From positions 1 to 64,000 of the forward strand of contig JAWXAY010000010.1 of NCBI GenBank assembly GCA_034439715.1: a stretch of 64,000 nucleotides of DNA, given 5' to 3'. Origin of the DNA: Pseudomonadota bacterium. Lineage in GTDB: Bacteria; Bdellovibrionota; Bdellovibrionia; Bdellovibrionales; SG-bin7. The notes below the pieces were generated by a model. It saw only the letters and a list, made by a program, of their open reading frames with translations, ran no database searches and had not been told where the DNA came from. Shown here in pieces: positions 37,243 to 48,470 of this stretch. How positions within the stretch are numbered: the stretch's first letter is position 1; every line of letters starts with the position of its first letter. Made by a program: the position numbers and the translations under genes.

Positions 37243-37863
37243 TTATCGATATTGAATTTGAATCGATTTCATTACCACAGGCGTAAGCGGCTTATCACGG
37301 AGATCTCGCTTTGTTTCCGAAATTGATTTTACAATATCCATTCCCTTTGTTACCTGGCCGAAAATTGTAAAGTTTCTGTTAAGATCAGGTTGAGGAGATA
37401 AAGTAATAAAAAACTGACTTCCAATTTTTTCGCCCTTGGGCGATGCCATAGCGACAATACCGGCCTCGTCGAACTCGAGATCAGGGTTAATCTCTTGATC
37501 AACGCTCACTCCCGGCCCACCTGTTCCGTCACCCGCAGGATCTCCGCCTTGGACCATGAACCCAGGTACAACACGGTGAATGGTCAGCCGATCATAATAC
37601 CGGCTTTTAACTTTCTTTCTGGTCTCGATATCTACGGTTTCTTTTAGACCTTTAACTAAGCTTATAAAGTGAGTGACGGTCTTAGGTGCATGGGTGTGAA
37701 ACAATTTAATATCGAAGCTTCCCATGGAAGTTAAAACTACAGCGTAAACAGCTTTTGGTTTTTTGGCGGACTGAGCAGCAAATGAAGCATTTCCAAATCC
37801 CGGAAGGCAACCTAGATAAAACACAATTGCGAAAAAAAGTTTATAAATATTATGCGTTCTCAT
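37243..37863 (-). CDS. Peptidyl-prolyl cis-trans isomerase, cyclophilin type (secreted)
   Basis: HRVVPGFMVQGGDP cyclophilin signature; signal peptide. Confidence 0.85.
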   Translation of the reverse strand: MRTHNIYKLFFAIVFYLGCLPGFGNASFAAQSAKKPKAVYAVVLTSMGSFDIKLFHTHAPKTVTHFISLVKGLKETVDIETRKKVKSRYYDRLTIHRVVPGFMVQGGDPAGDGTGGPGVSVDQEINPDLEFDEAGIVAMASPKGEKIGSQFFITLSPQPDLNRNFTIFGQVTKGMDIVKSISETKRDLRDKPLTPVVMKSIQIQYR

Positions 37864-37878
37864 ACTCTAAACCTTAGG

Positions 37879-40371
37879 TTAACTGGGCGGACTAAGTGGG
37901 TCAAGACTTTTGAAAGTCAGCTGATTCTCAATAAGCACCTTCATAACAGAGTCTAAGAGTGCCTTTGGATCAGTTTCAAAGAGCCGGGCAATTTTTTCGA
38001 TGTGTGGTTGGTTTAGATTTAAGTCTGAACCCGGGGCCGAAGAGACAAGTTGTTTGATTTGTTCAAGCTGGCGTAAATAAAGGTAGTTTTTTAATAGACC
38101 GGCAGAATGCTCCAGCCAAGCAGAACTATTTTGAGAAAGAGAGTGAATCATTCCCAAAGTAGAAGTATCACGACTAAATATCTGTTGATTAAGTATGGCC
38201 CACTGACAATTAAACTCAATATCTAATAAAGCTCCCCGAGAATATTTTAGATCGACACCATGGGTGGGCTCTAACTCGAGCTGCCGCTTTACATTCATTA
38301 GTTCGATTCGATCATCTTCGGTTATTTTTTTGGTAATAGCATACTGGGCCGGAAAAAAACTGGGATCGCCCAGGGCCCGAGATTTGAGATAGGCCTGGCG
38401 CTCCCAGATTTTAGCAGTTTTGTTTAAAAACTCTTCTAGCTGTTCTCGACTGACAATAATGGGACCTGCCTTTCCAGAAGGGCGCAGTCTAAAGTCTAAA
38501 CTGTAGAGGTGGCCGCCGCGATTTTTTTGCGTAAGTCGGGTTATCATGCGTTTGGCAACGGCATGATCATCCTTATCGGGACTATTGGGAGTGATAAAAA
38601 TAAAATCAAGATCAGAATTCAATCCTAATTCATGCCCAGACCACTTACCCATCGCCAAAATACCGATCTGGCTTTTCGGAAAATCTTCTTTGGTTTTGCT
38701 TAAGAGGTGCGTTACTATTCTGTCTGCCGAATCAGATAAGGCCTGCGTGAGGCGGCCAATATCCTTATGTAATAAAAACTGACTCGAACAAATTATTTCG
38801 GAGAGAAGTTTATTGTCGCCAAGATCTTCTATAAGGGAGTTTATATCTGTTGTATGAATTTCGATGGTCTTCAGAATAAAGCTATCCAGTAACTCTGGGC
38901 GCGAAATTAAAATATGGCTTAAATAAGGAGAAAGTGAAAAAAGCCAAACCAATTCCTTGGTAATTTCAGGATTTCGGTTAAGCATGGAGAAAAAACTAGC
39001 TTTCGCCCGAACAGATTTCAAAAAATCTGCCAGAAGAAGAATTGGGAGGTCCTTCTCTTGAGTCGTGCGGTTGAGCTCTAATATAAAACTTTGTAAAAAA
39101 ATAAGACGTTCACGTTCATCTCTCTGAGAGTTTGATGACAATACCTTTGTTTCTATAAGAGTGGGCCAGATCTCAACAATTTTGGGGCTGTGAGCTCCAT
39201 GTTTTTTTAGCCAGGCGAACTGCTCAGGCAATTCCTTCGGAATTTCAATTTCTGAGCTCGCGCTACCGATAAGCGACGAAACCAAAAGGTCGGTTTTCTG
39301 TGAACGAGCACCTATTTCCCTCCATGCCTGCGGGTCAAGAGGTGATGAATCTAGCTTCCAACTGTGGGTTTGTTGATCAAGTTTCGACTGAACTAGGTTT
39401 TCAAGGCGACGGTAATACCAATATGTTTCACTAAGAAACTCCGCATCTTCAAAGGATAAAATTTTACAGTCCTGTAAAAGTTGAATCGCTTTAGAAGTTG
39501 AACCTGTTTGCAGTTGCGGGTTTTTTCCGCCATGAATCACCTGAAGTGCATGAATATAAAGTTCGATGTCTCTAATGCCGCCAACACCTAGCTTGAGATT
39601 AAAAGAGCGCTCGTCCTGATTAAGATAAAAATGCTGAATTTTGCTCCGCAGGGTCTTTAGGTCCTCGAGGAGTGTATAATCGAGATGTTTACGAAAGCAG
39701 AATTTTTTCCGAAATGATTCAATAGATGCGATAATATCTTGATTTCCCAGTAGTGGCCGCAGGCGAATGAGGGCTAGGCGCTCCCAGGTCTCTCCATAGT
39801 TTCCGTAGTAGTCTTCAAATTGAGAGGGTGTACTTATAATGGGCCCCATGCGACCACCAGGTCGTAAATCTACGTCGACACGAAAGAAAAAACCAAAATC
39901 AGATTTTTGTGTCAGCGACATTAAAAAATCAGAGAACGAGCGTCTGTCGATAGGTTGGTTCTCTTTTTGCAAAAACATGAGATCTATGTCAGAGCTCAAA
40001 TTTAATTCTTCGGCTCCCAGCTTACCGACTGCCAAAATCGTAATGTCATGACGGGATAAATTTGATTGGGCGTATACGCTGCGAATAACTTCGTCTGAGA
40101 ATCGGCTCCAATATCGACATACGGCTTCAGGGGTAGCGGATTTAAAGTAATTGGCAAGAACACATTCAACAAATTTGTTAACGCGAGTCTTTCGTAATTG
40201 CTCTAGAGTAGAAGTCGAATCCCGATCAAGTATTCTTCTATAGTCTGTGAGTATCGGAAATAATTTTTGTGCTTCGGCAATTTGATTTAGAGAATACGAG
40301 CTAACTTCGGGCAAAATCATGTTAGTCAAGAAATGGTGACCAAACGGGTTTCTCGTAATTAAAGTTATCAA
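37879..40371 (-). CDS. glnE: Glutamine synthetase adenylyltransferase/adenylyl-removing enzyme GlnE
   Basis: Two nucleotidyltransferase motifs (GKLGAEELNLSSDIDLMF; GKWSGHELGLNSDLDFIF); true start likely at internal Met near 40320. Confidence 0.7.
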   Translation of the reverse strand: MITLITRNPFGHHFLTNMILPEVSSYSLNQIAEAQKLFPILTDYRRILDRDSTSTLEQLRKTRVNKFVECVLANYFKSATPEAVCRYWSRFSDEVIRSVYAQSNLSRHDITILAVGKLGAEELNLSSDIDLMFLQKENQPIDRRSFSDFLMSLTQKSDFGFFFRVDVDLRPGGRMGPIISTPSQFEDYYGNYGETWERLALIRLRPLLGNQDIIASIESFRKKFCFRKHLDYTLLEDLKTLRSKIQHFYLNQDERSFNLKLGVGGIRDIELYIHALQVIHGGKNPQLQTGSTSKAIQLLQDCKILSFEDAEFLSETYWYYRRLENLVQSKLDQQTHSWKLDSSPLDPQAWREIGARSQKTDLLVSSLIGSASSEIEIPKELPEQFAWLKKHGAHSPKIVEIWPTLIETKVLSSNSQRDERERLIFLQSFILELNRTTQEKDLPILLLADFLKSVRAKASFFSMLNRNPEITKELVWLFSLSPYLSHILISRPELLDSFILKTIEIHTTDINSLIEDLGDNKLLSEIICSSQFLLHKDIGRLTQALSDSADRIVTHLLSKTKEDFPKSQIGILAMGKWSGHELGLNSDLDFIFITPNSPDKDDHAVAKRMITRLTQKNRGGHLYSLDFRLRPSGKAGPIIVSREQLEEFLNKTAKIWERQAYLKSRALGDPSFFPAQYAITKKITEDDRIELMNVKRQLELEPTHGVDLKYSRGALLDIEFNCQWAILNQQIFSRDTSTLGMIHSLSQNSSAWLEHSAGLLKNYLYLRQLEQIKQLVSSAPGSDLNLNQPHIEKIARLFETDPKALLDSVMKVLIENQLTFKSLDPLSPPS

Positions 40372-41731
40372 AAGTGAGCCTTCGTTCCACTGAGCCGTCT
40401 AGATTCACTAAAAATATTTGGTAGGAGCCGGTTCGGTTGCTTCGAAAAACTATATTTCGGCCATCGGGAGAAAAAGAAGGATCTTCGTTATTGGCAAGTT
40501 TTGAACTTCCTCGTTTAGGCGAACTCGTCAGGCGAATCATATTTGTACCGTCGGCGTTCATTAAAAATATATCAAAATGGTCATTTTCTTGCCCGGCAAA
40601 TACAATGAGCTTGCCATCAGGAGACCATGCAGGGGTTGAGTTATACCTGCCGGCAAAAGTGAGGCGGTTGACATTTCCACCATTGATATCCATGACGTAG
40701 ATCATGGGATGGCCGCCACTTCGGTCAGACGAAAAAAGTATTCGACGACCGTCAGGGCTTGCGTAGGGTTCGACGTTCATTGCGCCTAAGGGACCAGCAG
40801 TAATTTTAATTAGTTTTTTATTATCAAAGTAATAGCGAAAGATGTCAGGGTGACCTGTCTTTCGAGTATTCGTGAAAAGCAAACTTTTTCCATCAGGATG
40901 AAAGTTAACGCCAGAATTGGTGCCAGGATCATCAGAAATCACTGTCGAACTTCCTGAGGCGAGGTCGTGCAGCAGAAGATCGACGTTTCGCATTTTAAGT
41001 TTAGGTTTATAAAGCATGGCTGAATAAGCTACTTTTTTGCCGTCGGTTGACCAAGATGGCGATATGGTCACAGATTTATTGTTGGTAATTTGTTTTATGC
41101 TCCCTTCAAAAGCATCCCAATCCATTACATATAGCTCTTTAAAATCTTTTCCTCCACGGTCACTTGTGACTGCGAGTTTAGAAACAAAAAAACCTTTTTT
41201 GCCGGTCAAGCTGAGCAAAATATCATTAGCGAACCTGTGGGCCATATAGCGAGCGTTTTTTGTTTCGCCTTGATATTTTTTACCGAGAAGAAGTTTTGAG
41301 CTAGGGACATGATATAGATATACTTCGAGATCAATGGAGTTCGCTTTGATATTATAACCGGCCCTTATCAAAAAATCAGCGCTGATTTGTTTCCAGTTTT
41401 CAAAATTAAATCCATTGGGTTCTACTGTGACGGGCTTCAAGCCGGTTTTATTGGGGTCTTCAAGATAAGCTTTGCTGTCAATAAAAGTAAAATAACCGCT
41501 GATCTCTAAGTCATTTTTGAGGACATCGAATAATGTTTTTCCTGTCTCCACATATTTTGTAGATACGCCGGGGTTACCAAAAAACTGAAACTGGGGCATA
41601 GCCAAAAGACTTTTTTTAACTAACGTTGCCTGACCCACCTGAAGAATTGGTTTGTTATCCGCTGCACTTTGCGCAAAAGTACTTACAGTAAAAATTAGCT
41701 GAGTGATTAAAAACAACATTTTCATTTTCAT
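40322..41731 (-). CDS. tolB: Tol-Pal system beta-propeller protein TolB
   Basis: Signal peptide, N-domain, repeated SPDG/FHPDG WD40-like propeller motifs. Confidence 0.8.
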   Translation of the reverse strand: MKMKMLFLITQLIFTVSTFAQSAADNKPILQVGQATLVKKSLLAMPQFQFFGNPGVSTKYVETGKTLFDVLKNDLEISGYFTFIDSKAYLEDPNKTGLKPVTVEPNGFNFENWKQISADFLIRAGYNIKANSIDLEVYLYHVPSSKLLLGKKYQGETKNARYMAHRFANDILLSLTGKKGFFVSKLAVTSDRGGKDFKELYVMDWDAFEGSIKQITNNKSVTISPSWSTDGKKVAYSAMLYKPKLKMRNVDLLLHDLASGSSTVISDDPGTNSGVNFHPDGKSLLFTNTRKTGHPDIFRYYFDNKKLIKITAGPLGAMNVEPYASPDGRRILFSSDRSGGHPMIYVMDINGGNVNRLTFAGRYNSTPAWSPDGKLIVFAGQENDHFDIFLMNADGTNMIRLTSSPKRGSSKLANNEDPSFSPDGRNIVFRSNRTGSYQIFLVNLDGSVERRLTFDNFNYEKPVWSPFLD

Positions 41732-41735
41732 TCCT

Positions 41736-42467
41736 CTAGTCAGGGTAGGCTACAACCATGCCGTCAATCATTAAAACTTGCTTAAGGCGATCGGGTGGGG
41801 CCGGCAATGGGCTGGCCTCCATAATAGCCTTTAGCACCAACTTATCATAAATTTCATTACCAGAGGATTTTACCAAACTCCGATCAATTACGTAACCCCT
41901 CTCGTCTATTTTCACCAGAACATGGGTTCTAAGGCCAGAATCTTTTAACCACTGCGGCAAAATAAAATGAAGTTTTACCTTTGCTCGTGCTAGATCAAAA
42001 TATTTATCGTATTCCAGTTTTGCGACACCAACAACCTCGCTTCCGGGCGACAATACGTTCCCTTTATATAGTGTGGGCTGGGGAGGTGGTGGCACCTCAG
42101 GTTGTGGCGCTGGTTCAGTCTTTTTTTTCATTTGATTTTTAAGCTTGTCGAGTGCTTCTTTTTGTTCGAGTTTAGTTTTGGCCAAATCAAATGTCGGCGT
42201 TTTTGGTTTTTCTATTGGTTTTTCGACCGGTTTTTCCAGCGCAACCTTTTCAGGTTCAACTTCGGCCGGCTCATTGATTTTTGGCATTACTTTGTCAGGA
42301 AGAGATACTAAGTCTACGCGAACAGCGTTGTTAATTATTATCGCTTCACCTGAAAAAAAAACTGCTTTAATTGTAAAAAGAAAAAACACTGCTATATGGC
42401 CAATCAAAGAATTTGTTAAATTCTTTTTGAGATCGGGATCTTCGAGCACTAAGTATTGTAATTTCAC
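41736..42467 (-). CDS. tolA: TolA/TonB-family energy transducer
   Basis: N-terminal TM, Pro/Glu/Lys-rich linker, TonB-type C-terminal domain; position between tolR and tolB. Confidence 0.65.
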   Translation of the reverse strand: MKLQYLVLEDPDLKKNLTNSLIGHIAVFFLFTIKAVFFSGEAIIINNAVRVDLVSLPDKVMPKINEPAEVEPEKVALEKPVEKPIEKPKTPTFDLAKTKLEQKEALDKLKNQMKKKTEPAPQPEVPPPPQPTLYKGNVLSPGSEVVGVAKLEYDKYFDLARAKVKLHFILPQWLKDSGLRTHVLVKIDERGYVIDRSLVKSSGNEIYDKLVLKAIMEASPLPAPPDRLKQVLMIDGMVVAYPD

Positions 42468-42880
42468 TTTATGTTTTTAGGAAGGGTTACCAGGCCAATA
42501 TTCAAAATGCCCGCGGCTCGAATCTCTGCCATTGCCTCGGCAACGAAGCCATAAGAAACAGTTTTATCTGCCTGGATGTAAATTTGTTTGTTTTTTCGTG
42601 TTTTAAAAATAGCCCTAAGTTTTTCACGAAGTTTTTCCATTTCGATTGAAGTCTTACCAACAACAATCTTCTCGCTCTTGTTAATGGATAAAACAAAGGG
42701 TTCTTCTTTGGTTTCAACGCCTGATGCCGCCGTCTCAGGGAGTTCGATTTCAATTCCCTGCTGCATCAAGGGAGCTGTCACCATAAAGATAATCAACAAG
42801 ACAAGCATAACGTCCACAAAGGGAGTAACGTTGATTTCACTCATGACGGATCGTTGCTGCCGACTAGATTGGGTCTGCAT
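42464..42880 (-). CDS. tolR: TolR/ExbD biopolymer transport protein
   Basis: INVTPFVDVMLVLLIIFMV motif; 138 aa. Confidence 0.8.
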   Translation of the reverse strand: MQTQSSRQQRSVMSEINVTPFVDVMLVLLIIFMVTAPLMQQGIEIELPETAASGVETKEEPFVLSINKSEKIVVGKTSIEMEKLREKLRAIFKTRKNKQIYIQADKTVSYGFVAEAMAEIRAAGILNIGLVTLPKNIK

Positions 42881-43581
42881 TATTTTTCTCTAAAAAAATT
42901 GCGTTTGGCGATATTCAAAAAATCAGAAGCAAATGAGGTCAGAGAGAGCTCCTCTTTTCTGAGTTTGGTAATATAGTGATTATAAAAAACCACCGCTGGA
43001 ATGGCGGTTAGTAAACCGATGGCTGTAGCAATTAAAGCATGAGAAATACCCGGCGCAACAACATCCAGACGCGCTGATTGTGTCAATCCAATTTGGCGAA
43101 AGGCAGTCATAATTCCCCAAACAGTTCCAAAGAGACCTATAAATGGTCCCGTGTTTCCGATCGTAGCTAAAAAGCTAAGTTTGTCTTCGAGCGCCGCAAT
43201 TTCTTGATCAATTGTTTTGTTGAGCGATCTCTGTAAATTGTCGATTCCCGAGAGTAGCGGCTGGGGAGTGGTAGTATCTTGCGTCGCTTTTGCACTTGCT
43301 AACTTCTGAAGCTCTAAGTAGCCATTTTTGAAGACCCGAGAAAGGGGACTCTGACTGTTTGTCTGAACTTGTTGGTAAATTGTGTCAAGAGAGGTGGCTT
43401 TCCAAAAGCTTTCTAGAAAGGGCTCGTTGGCGGATCGTACCGAACCGAATTGTTTTCGTTTTGCCAAAATAATCGCCCAAGAGAATACGGATAAAGCTAC
43501 TAGAGATAAAAGTGTCAATTGTACTATAATGCCAGCGTCCCAAAGGGAGCCCCACATACTTGAATGGACTTGCATGTTCAT
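42880..43581 (-). CDS. tolQ: TolQ/ExbB proton channel protein
   Basis: MotA/TolQ/ExbB family, 3 TM, 233 aa. Confidence 0.8.
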   Translation of the reverse strand: MNMQVHSSMWGSLWDAGIIVQLTLLSLVALSVFSWAIILAKRKQFGSVRSANEPFLESFWKATSLDTIYQQVQTNSQSPLSRVFKNGYLELQKLASAKATQDTTTPQPLLSGIDNLQRSLNKTIDQEIAALEDKLSFLATIGNTGPFIGLFGTVWGIMTAFRQIGLTQSARLDVVAPGISHALIATAIGLLTAIPAVVFYNHYITKLRKEELSLTSFASDFLNIAKRNFFREK

Positions 43582-43618
43582 CTTTAAAACCTAATTCGAA
43601 ACAAAGAGGCACGCAAGA

Positions 43619-44383
43619 TTATTGTTGGTTCTGCCGCGTCTTGAGCCAACTGATCATTTTGGGCGCGTCATCAGTAATAATTCCTGAAAACTTAAGATCT
43701 ATAAGGCGCTTCCATTGCACTTCGTTGTTGGCTGGACCAAACAATGTGGGTACGTGCCTTTTTTTAAGCTCATTTAGTAAATTCAAAGAAAAATTATTTT
43801 CTTCTTTAATAAAATCAGCCCAAAAAATTTGCCCTTCAAGTCTTGGTAGGGCTTCTAGCTTCAATGTGGACATTAAATATAGGCGAGAGGCCTCAGCCCG
43901 GCTAACTACGAGGGGGACTGTCGGCAATTCACGATGAATCTCGCGCGCCACATTTTCGTGGGGAGAGTGAAAAAAAACTCGTGATAATGTTTTCGCATTC
44001 TTTATTCGTTCGATTAATTTATGTTCTATTCCCTTGGTGTAGGCTGTAATGCTGATAAAGGTGGCGGGTGGGTCATTTAGGTTTTTTAAATGCGTTAGGA
44101 TTTTATCCAGAAGTTCTTCCCAACTTTGGTCGGGGAGTTGAAAAAAATAGGCCAGCTGGACGTTGGGAAGAGTTGACACCTCGGAGGCGAAATTATTTTG
44201 AAAATCAGAGACATTGCTTACCCGCTGAATAACTAAAAACTGAGACCCCAGAGGGTCCACAACTTTTTCGTAAGAGTTAGTAAATCGGCCTCGTCCATAA
44301 AGGTAAATATAAGCTAAGAAAAAACCTATTAAAGTAACAGTTGTTACTATTATTAAATCTCTAAAGGCTTTTCTTGTACTCAT
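43619..44383 (-). CDS. Membrane-anchored glycerophosphodiester phosphodiesterase-like protein
   Basis: N-terminal TM; C-terminal GIITDDAPKM resembles the GDPD family end motif. Confidence 0.4.
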   Translation of the reverse strand: MSTRKAFRDLIIVTTVTLIGFFLAYIYLYGRGRFTNSYEKVVDPLGSQFLVIQRVSNVSDFQNNFASEVSTLPNVQLAYFFQLPDQSWEELLDKILTHLKNLNDPPATFISITAYTKGIEHKLIERIKNAKTLSRVFFHSPHENVAREIHRELPTVPLVVSRAEASRLYLMSTLKLEALPRLEGQIFWADFIKEENNFSLNLLNELKKRHVPTLFGPANNEVQWKRLIDLKFSGIITDDAPKMISWLKTRQNQQ

Positions 44384-44551
44384 AATTTACCAGATTATTT
44401 AGACATTAGTTAAATAAGGCCATATATTTTGCCGCACCCAAATAGGCTAAAAAACAACCTATATATATTGACTTTATGTGTCGCTGGTTTTAAATCTATT
44501 CGAGTCTGGGCAATTTATCCCTATCTGAACCTAAAAGTCAAAAGGTGGTCC

Positions 44552-45004
44552 ATGAAACTAAATAGAAAGATGGAATACTCTTTGATGGCTTTAAAGCACA
44601 TGAGCCAAAAAAGTCCAGGCGAACTTACGTCAGCCAAAGAAATTTCGGATCTCTATGGTTGCCCAATTGATGCCACGGCAAAGGTCTTACAAGTGATGAC
44701 CCGCCATGACCTATTGAAGTCCGTTCAAGGTGTTCAGGGTGGGTACTTAATTCAGCGAGATCTTTCACGCCTTACATTTTTTGATTTAATTGGGATGATC
44801 CTTGGCCCGATGGGGTTTGTAAAGTGTCTGCCGGGTGGACATGCGCATTGCGAGATTCAGGATCGCTGTAATATCGTGGGTGCCATGGGTGTTCTCAATG
44901 ATAAAATAATGCAGTTTTATAAAAAGATTGCGATTAAAGACCTGCTTGAGCCGCGAAAAAATTCGACAAGTGCCCATCATTTATTAGAGGAAATTCATTC
45001 ATGA
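44552..45004 (+). CDS. Rrf2-family transcriptional regulator (IscR/SufR-like)
   Basis: [14 protein letters not shown] wHTH; Cys cluster [15 protein letters not shown]; RBS AAGGTGG; upstream of suf operon. Confidence 0.75.
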   Translation: MKLNRKMEYSLMALKHMSQKSPGELTSAKEISDLYGCPIDATAKVLQVMTRHDLLKSVQGVQGGYLIQRDLSRLTFFDLIGMILGPMGFVKCLPGGHAHCEIQDRCNIVGAMGVLNDKIMQFYKKIAIKDLLEPRKNSTSAHHLLEEIHS

Positions 45005-46425
45005 GTGCGAGTTCACAATCTGAATATAAACATGGCTTCGTCACAGACATTGCGCAAGATTCTTTGCCAAAAGGACTTAATGAAAATATTGTGCGTGCAC
45101 TTTCAAAAAAGAAAAAAGAGCCTGAATTTTTATTAGAGTATCGCTTAAAGGCTTATCGCTATTGGCAGACGATGAGCGAGCCCCGGTGGGCCCACGTCCA
45201 CCATGAGCCCATAAATTTTCAGGACATTTCTTACTACTCGGCGCCGCGATCGCAAAAAGATGGACCCAAGAGTCTTAATGAGCTCGATCCTGAGCTTCTT
45301 GAAACTTTTGAGAGATTGGGAATCCCTCTTTCCGAACAAAAACGAATTTCAGGAGTGGCGATAGATGTCGTTTTTGATAGCGTATCTTTGGGTACCACTC
45401 ATCAGGCGGACCTCGAAAAAGTCGGGGTCATTTTTTGCTCGTTTAGCGAAGCAGTGCAAAAGCATCCCGACCTTATCAAAAAATATTTAAGTACGGTCGT
45501 TCCGCACACAGACAACTACTATGCCGCCCTTAATTCCGCGGTTTTTTCTGACGGATCTTTTTGTTATATTCCTAAAGGACTGCGTTGCCCATTGGATCTG
45601 TCGACCTACTTTAGAATAAACGCCAAAGAAACTGGCCAATTTGAGCGGACGCTTGTTGTGGCCGACGAGGGCAGTTACGTCAACTACCTTGAGGGGTGCA
45701 CGGCACCTCAACGAGATGAAAACCAGCTGCACGCAGCCGTCGTCGAACTCGTGGCCTTAAAGGATGCCGAGATTCGATATTCAACTGTGCAGAACTGGTA
45801 TGCAGGCAATAAAGCCGGAAAAGGCGGCGTCTACAACTTTGTCACAAAACGGGGAAAGTGTTTTGAAAATGCTAAAATTTCTTGGACCCAAGTGGAGTCA
45901 GGTTCCGCGATTACCTGGAAGTACCCATCTTGTATTTTACAAGGTGACAACTCCGTGGGAGCCTTTTATTCCGTGGCTCTTACACATGATAAAATGCAAG
46001 CCGACACTGGTACTAAAATGATTCATATCGGTAAAAACACTCGCAGCACGATTCTTTCTAAGGGAATATCAACGGGCGAATCTGCCAACACCTATCGTGG
46101 ACAGGTCAAGATTATGCCGTCGGCTGATGGGGCGCGAAATTACTCACAATGTGATTCAATGCTTGTTGGGGATCGCTGCCAAGCCAATACGTTTCCGTAT
46201 ATTGAAAACAAGAACCCCACGTCGACCATTGAGCACGAGGCCACAACATCTAGAATTAGCGAAGACCAGCTTTTCTATTTGGAATCTCGAGGAATTAATA
46301 AAGAGGGCACGGTATCTCTTTTGGTAAACGGTTTTTGTCGTGATGTTTTTAAACAGTTACCACTTGAGTTCTCTGTAGAGGCCGTAAAGTTAATAGAAAT
46401 GAAATTAGAAAACAGCATCGGGTAG
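45001..46425 (+). CDS. sufB: Fe-S cluster assembly protein SufB
   Basis: 474 aa SufB pattern; operon position. Confidence 0.9.
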   Translation: MSASSQSEYKHGFVTDIAQDSLPKGLNENIVRALSKKKKEPEFLLEYRLKAYRYWQTMSEPRWAHVHHEPINFQDISYYSAPRSQKDGPKSLNELDPELLETFERLGIPLSEQKRISGVAIDVVFDSVSLGTTHQADLEKVGVIFCSFSEAVQKHPDLIKKYLSTVVPHTDNYYAALNSAVFSDGSFCYIPKGLRCPLDLSTYFRINAKETGQFERTLVVADEGSYVNYLEGCTAPQRDENQLHAAVVELVALKDAEIRYSTVQNWYAGNKAGKGGVYNFVTKRGKCFENAKISWTQVESGSAITWKYPSCILQGDNSVGAFYSVALTHDKMQADTGTKMIHIGKNTRSTILSKGISTGESANTYRGQVKIMPSADGARNYSQCDSMLVGDRCQANTFPYIENKNPTSTIEHEATTSRISEDQLFYLESRGINKEGTVSLLVNGFCRDVFKQLPLEFSVEAVKLIEMKLENSIG

Positions 46426-46433
46426 GAGAAGAG

Positions 46434-47204
46434 ATGTTAGAAGTAAAAGATCTTTGTGCAGAAGTTGAAGGCAAAAAAGTACTTAATGGCTTTAGCCTTT
46501 CAATAAAAGCTGGAGAGGTACATGCGATCATGGGCCCGAACGGTTCTGGCAAGAGTTCATTTGCAAAAGTAATTGCCGGACATCCAGCATATCGGGTGAC
46601 TCGAGGCGAGGTGAAATACGAAATCAATTTCAAAAAGAAAAACCTATTTGAACTGTCCACAGATGAGAGAGCTAAGGAGGGCGTTTTTTTGGCCTTTCAA
46701 TACCCCGTAGAAGTTCCCGGCGTACTTAATGATGTTTTTTTACATATGTCCTACAACCAAATTTGTAAACATCAAGGAACCCCCGAGTTATTATTAAACG
46801 ATTTTCAAAATCTTTTGTCTAAGAAGGCACAATGGGTAGGTTTGGACCGTTCTTTTTTTAGTCGCTCGCTCAACGTAGGATTTTCTGGCGGTGAGAAAAA
46901 GAAAAACGAAATTTTACAAATGGCCTTGCTTAATCCGCGGCTCTGTCTGTTAGACGAGACTGATTCCGGCCTTGATATAGATGCACTAAAAATTGTAGCT
47001 GGCGGGATAAATAAAGTTCGCTCAAAAAATAATGCAATAATATTGATTACGCATTACCAAAGACTTCTTAATTTTATCGAGCCCGATTATGTTCATGTTC
47101 AACATGAAGGTAGAATTATTAAATCGGGAGATAAGTCGTTGGCCTTAAGACTTGAAAACGAGGGATATGACGGAATTCTCAAAGAAGCTGGCTTGGGGAC
47201 ATAA
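46434..47204 (+). CDS. sufC: Fe-S cluster assembly ATPase SufC
   Basis: Walker A GPNGSGKSS, ABC signature FSGGEKKK. Confidence 0.9.
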   Translation: MLEVKDLCAEVEGKKVLNGFSLSIKAGEVHAIMGPNGSGKSSFAKVIAGHPAYRVTRGEVKYEINFKKKNLFELSTDERAKEGVFLAFQYPVEVPGVLNDVFLHMSYNQICKHQGTPELLLNDFQNLLSKKAQWVGLDRSFFSRSLNVGFSGGEKKKNEILQMALLNPRLCLLDETDSGLDIDALKIVAGGINKVRSKNNAIILITHYQRLLNFIEPDYVHVQHEGRIIKSGDKSLALRLENEGYDGILKEAGLGT

Positions 47205-47207
47205 GGC

Positions 47208-48470
47208 ATGGAGGCGGTTGCGGCAGCACATAAAATTTTTATGAACTCACACCGAGCGGACAGGGCGGAGGTAAACGAAATTCGCCTGCGAGGACTCGCG
47301 GAATTTATGGCCCTAGGCCCGCCCTCAAGCAAAGATGAGGATTGGAAATATACAAACCTTAAAAAATTATCAGAGCTTGTTTTGCGCTATAGTTACGCCA
47401 CAAAAGCTGTTGAGAACAATTATTTAGTAATAGAAGAGTTGCTTGAAAAAAATCGTGTTGGAAAAAACAGAGTTGTGTTTTTAAATGGTAAGGTTTTGCC
47501 CGAGCTCAGCATGTTGACAGTTAAAGACGAGTACGTTGTCAACGGGGCAATAACTACGCCTGTAGCTCCAGCAAAAAATCTACTGGCAAATCTAAATAAT
47601 GCTTTTTTAATATCGCCGCTCGAAATTAGTATTAAAAATGATGCCAAAGTTGTTGCGCCGATTTGGATCGTTAACGTTTCCTCAAACAGTGTTGTTTCAA
47701 ATACAAGTGTAGGTATAAATTTTGGTGTCAACAGCTCGGCGGAGTTGGTAGAAGCTTTTTTTAGTTTGGATGATAAACCATGCTTTGTTAACGCGTTAAC
47801 TAAAATAAATGTGAACGCGGGGGCCTCAGCAGATCATTTTATTTTTCAAGACCTCGGGAAGCAAGATGGGATTGCACATTCTCTTTTACTTATTTTGGAA
47901 CAAGATGCTACATTTGGCTCTCTCAACTTGGCTAAGAGCTATGGTTGGTCGCGGAATAGTATCTGGGCCGAACTAAAAAAGCCCGGAGCTCATGTGTCAC
48001 TGTTTGGGTTAAATCTACTTAGCGACGAGCAATTTATTGATCATTGCCTTAAGGTAATTCATGCGGCGGCTCAAACTAAAAGCAGGCAGTTGTACAAGGG
48101 TGTCCTAAGTGGAAAATCTAAGTCTATTTTTAACGGTAAAATCACCATAGACAAAGGTGCAATGGGCGCTTTGGCTGAGCAGTTGAATAAAAATATTATT
48201 TGCGATCGAAATTCTGAGGCAATCACTCGTCCTCAGTTAGAAATTAATGCCGATGATGTTAAGGCAACCCACGGTGCCACGATTGGCAAAATAAACCCCG
48301 AAGAACTTTTTTATTTGGAGAGCAGGGGTCTTTCTGCTGAACAAGCGCGACGCCTTTTAACAGAGGGTTTCGTGCGTGAGGTTTTGGATCTGGGTTTAAA
48401 ACCTCAATTGAGAATCTGGGCCCTCGATCAATTAAATATCGGCGAACTGGTAGGTAAAAATGTGGTCTGA
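47208..48470 (+). CDS. sufD: Fe-S cluster assembly protein SufD
   Basis: SufB/D family fold, operon position. Confidence 0.8.
   Translation: MEAVAAAHKIFMNSHRADRAEVNEIRLRGLAEFMALGPPSSKDEDWKYTNLKKLSELVLRYSYATKAVENNYLVIEELLEKNRVGKNRVVFLNGKVLPELSMLTVKDEYVVNGAITTPVAPAKNLLANLNNAFLISPLEISIKNDAKVVAPIWIVNVSSNSVVSNTSVGINFGVNSSAELVEAFFSLDDKPCFVNALTKINVNAGASADHFIFQDLGKQDGIAHSLLLILEQDATFGSLNLAKSYGWSRNSIWAELKKPGAHVSLFGLNLLSDEQFIDHCLKVIHAAAQTKSRQLYKGVLSGKSKSIFNGKITIDKGAMGALAEQLNKNIICDRNSEAITRPQLEINADDVKATHGATIGKINPEELFYLESRGLSAEQARRLLTEGFVREVLDLGLKPQLRIWALDQLNIGELVGKNVV

Noticed and set aside
43382-43937. Overlapping ORFs 43382-43594 (+), 43385-43612 (-), 43560-43937 (+)
   Set aside because: They overlap the well-supported tolQ and GDPD-like genes in alternative frames. 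Treated as spurious.
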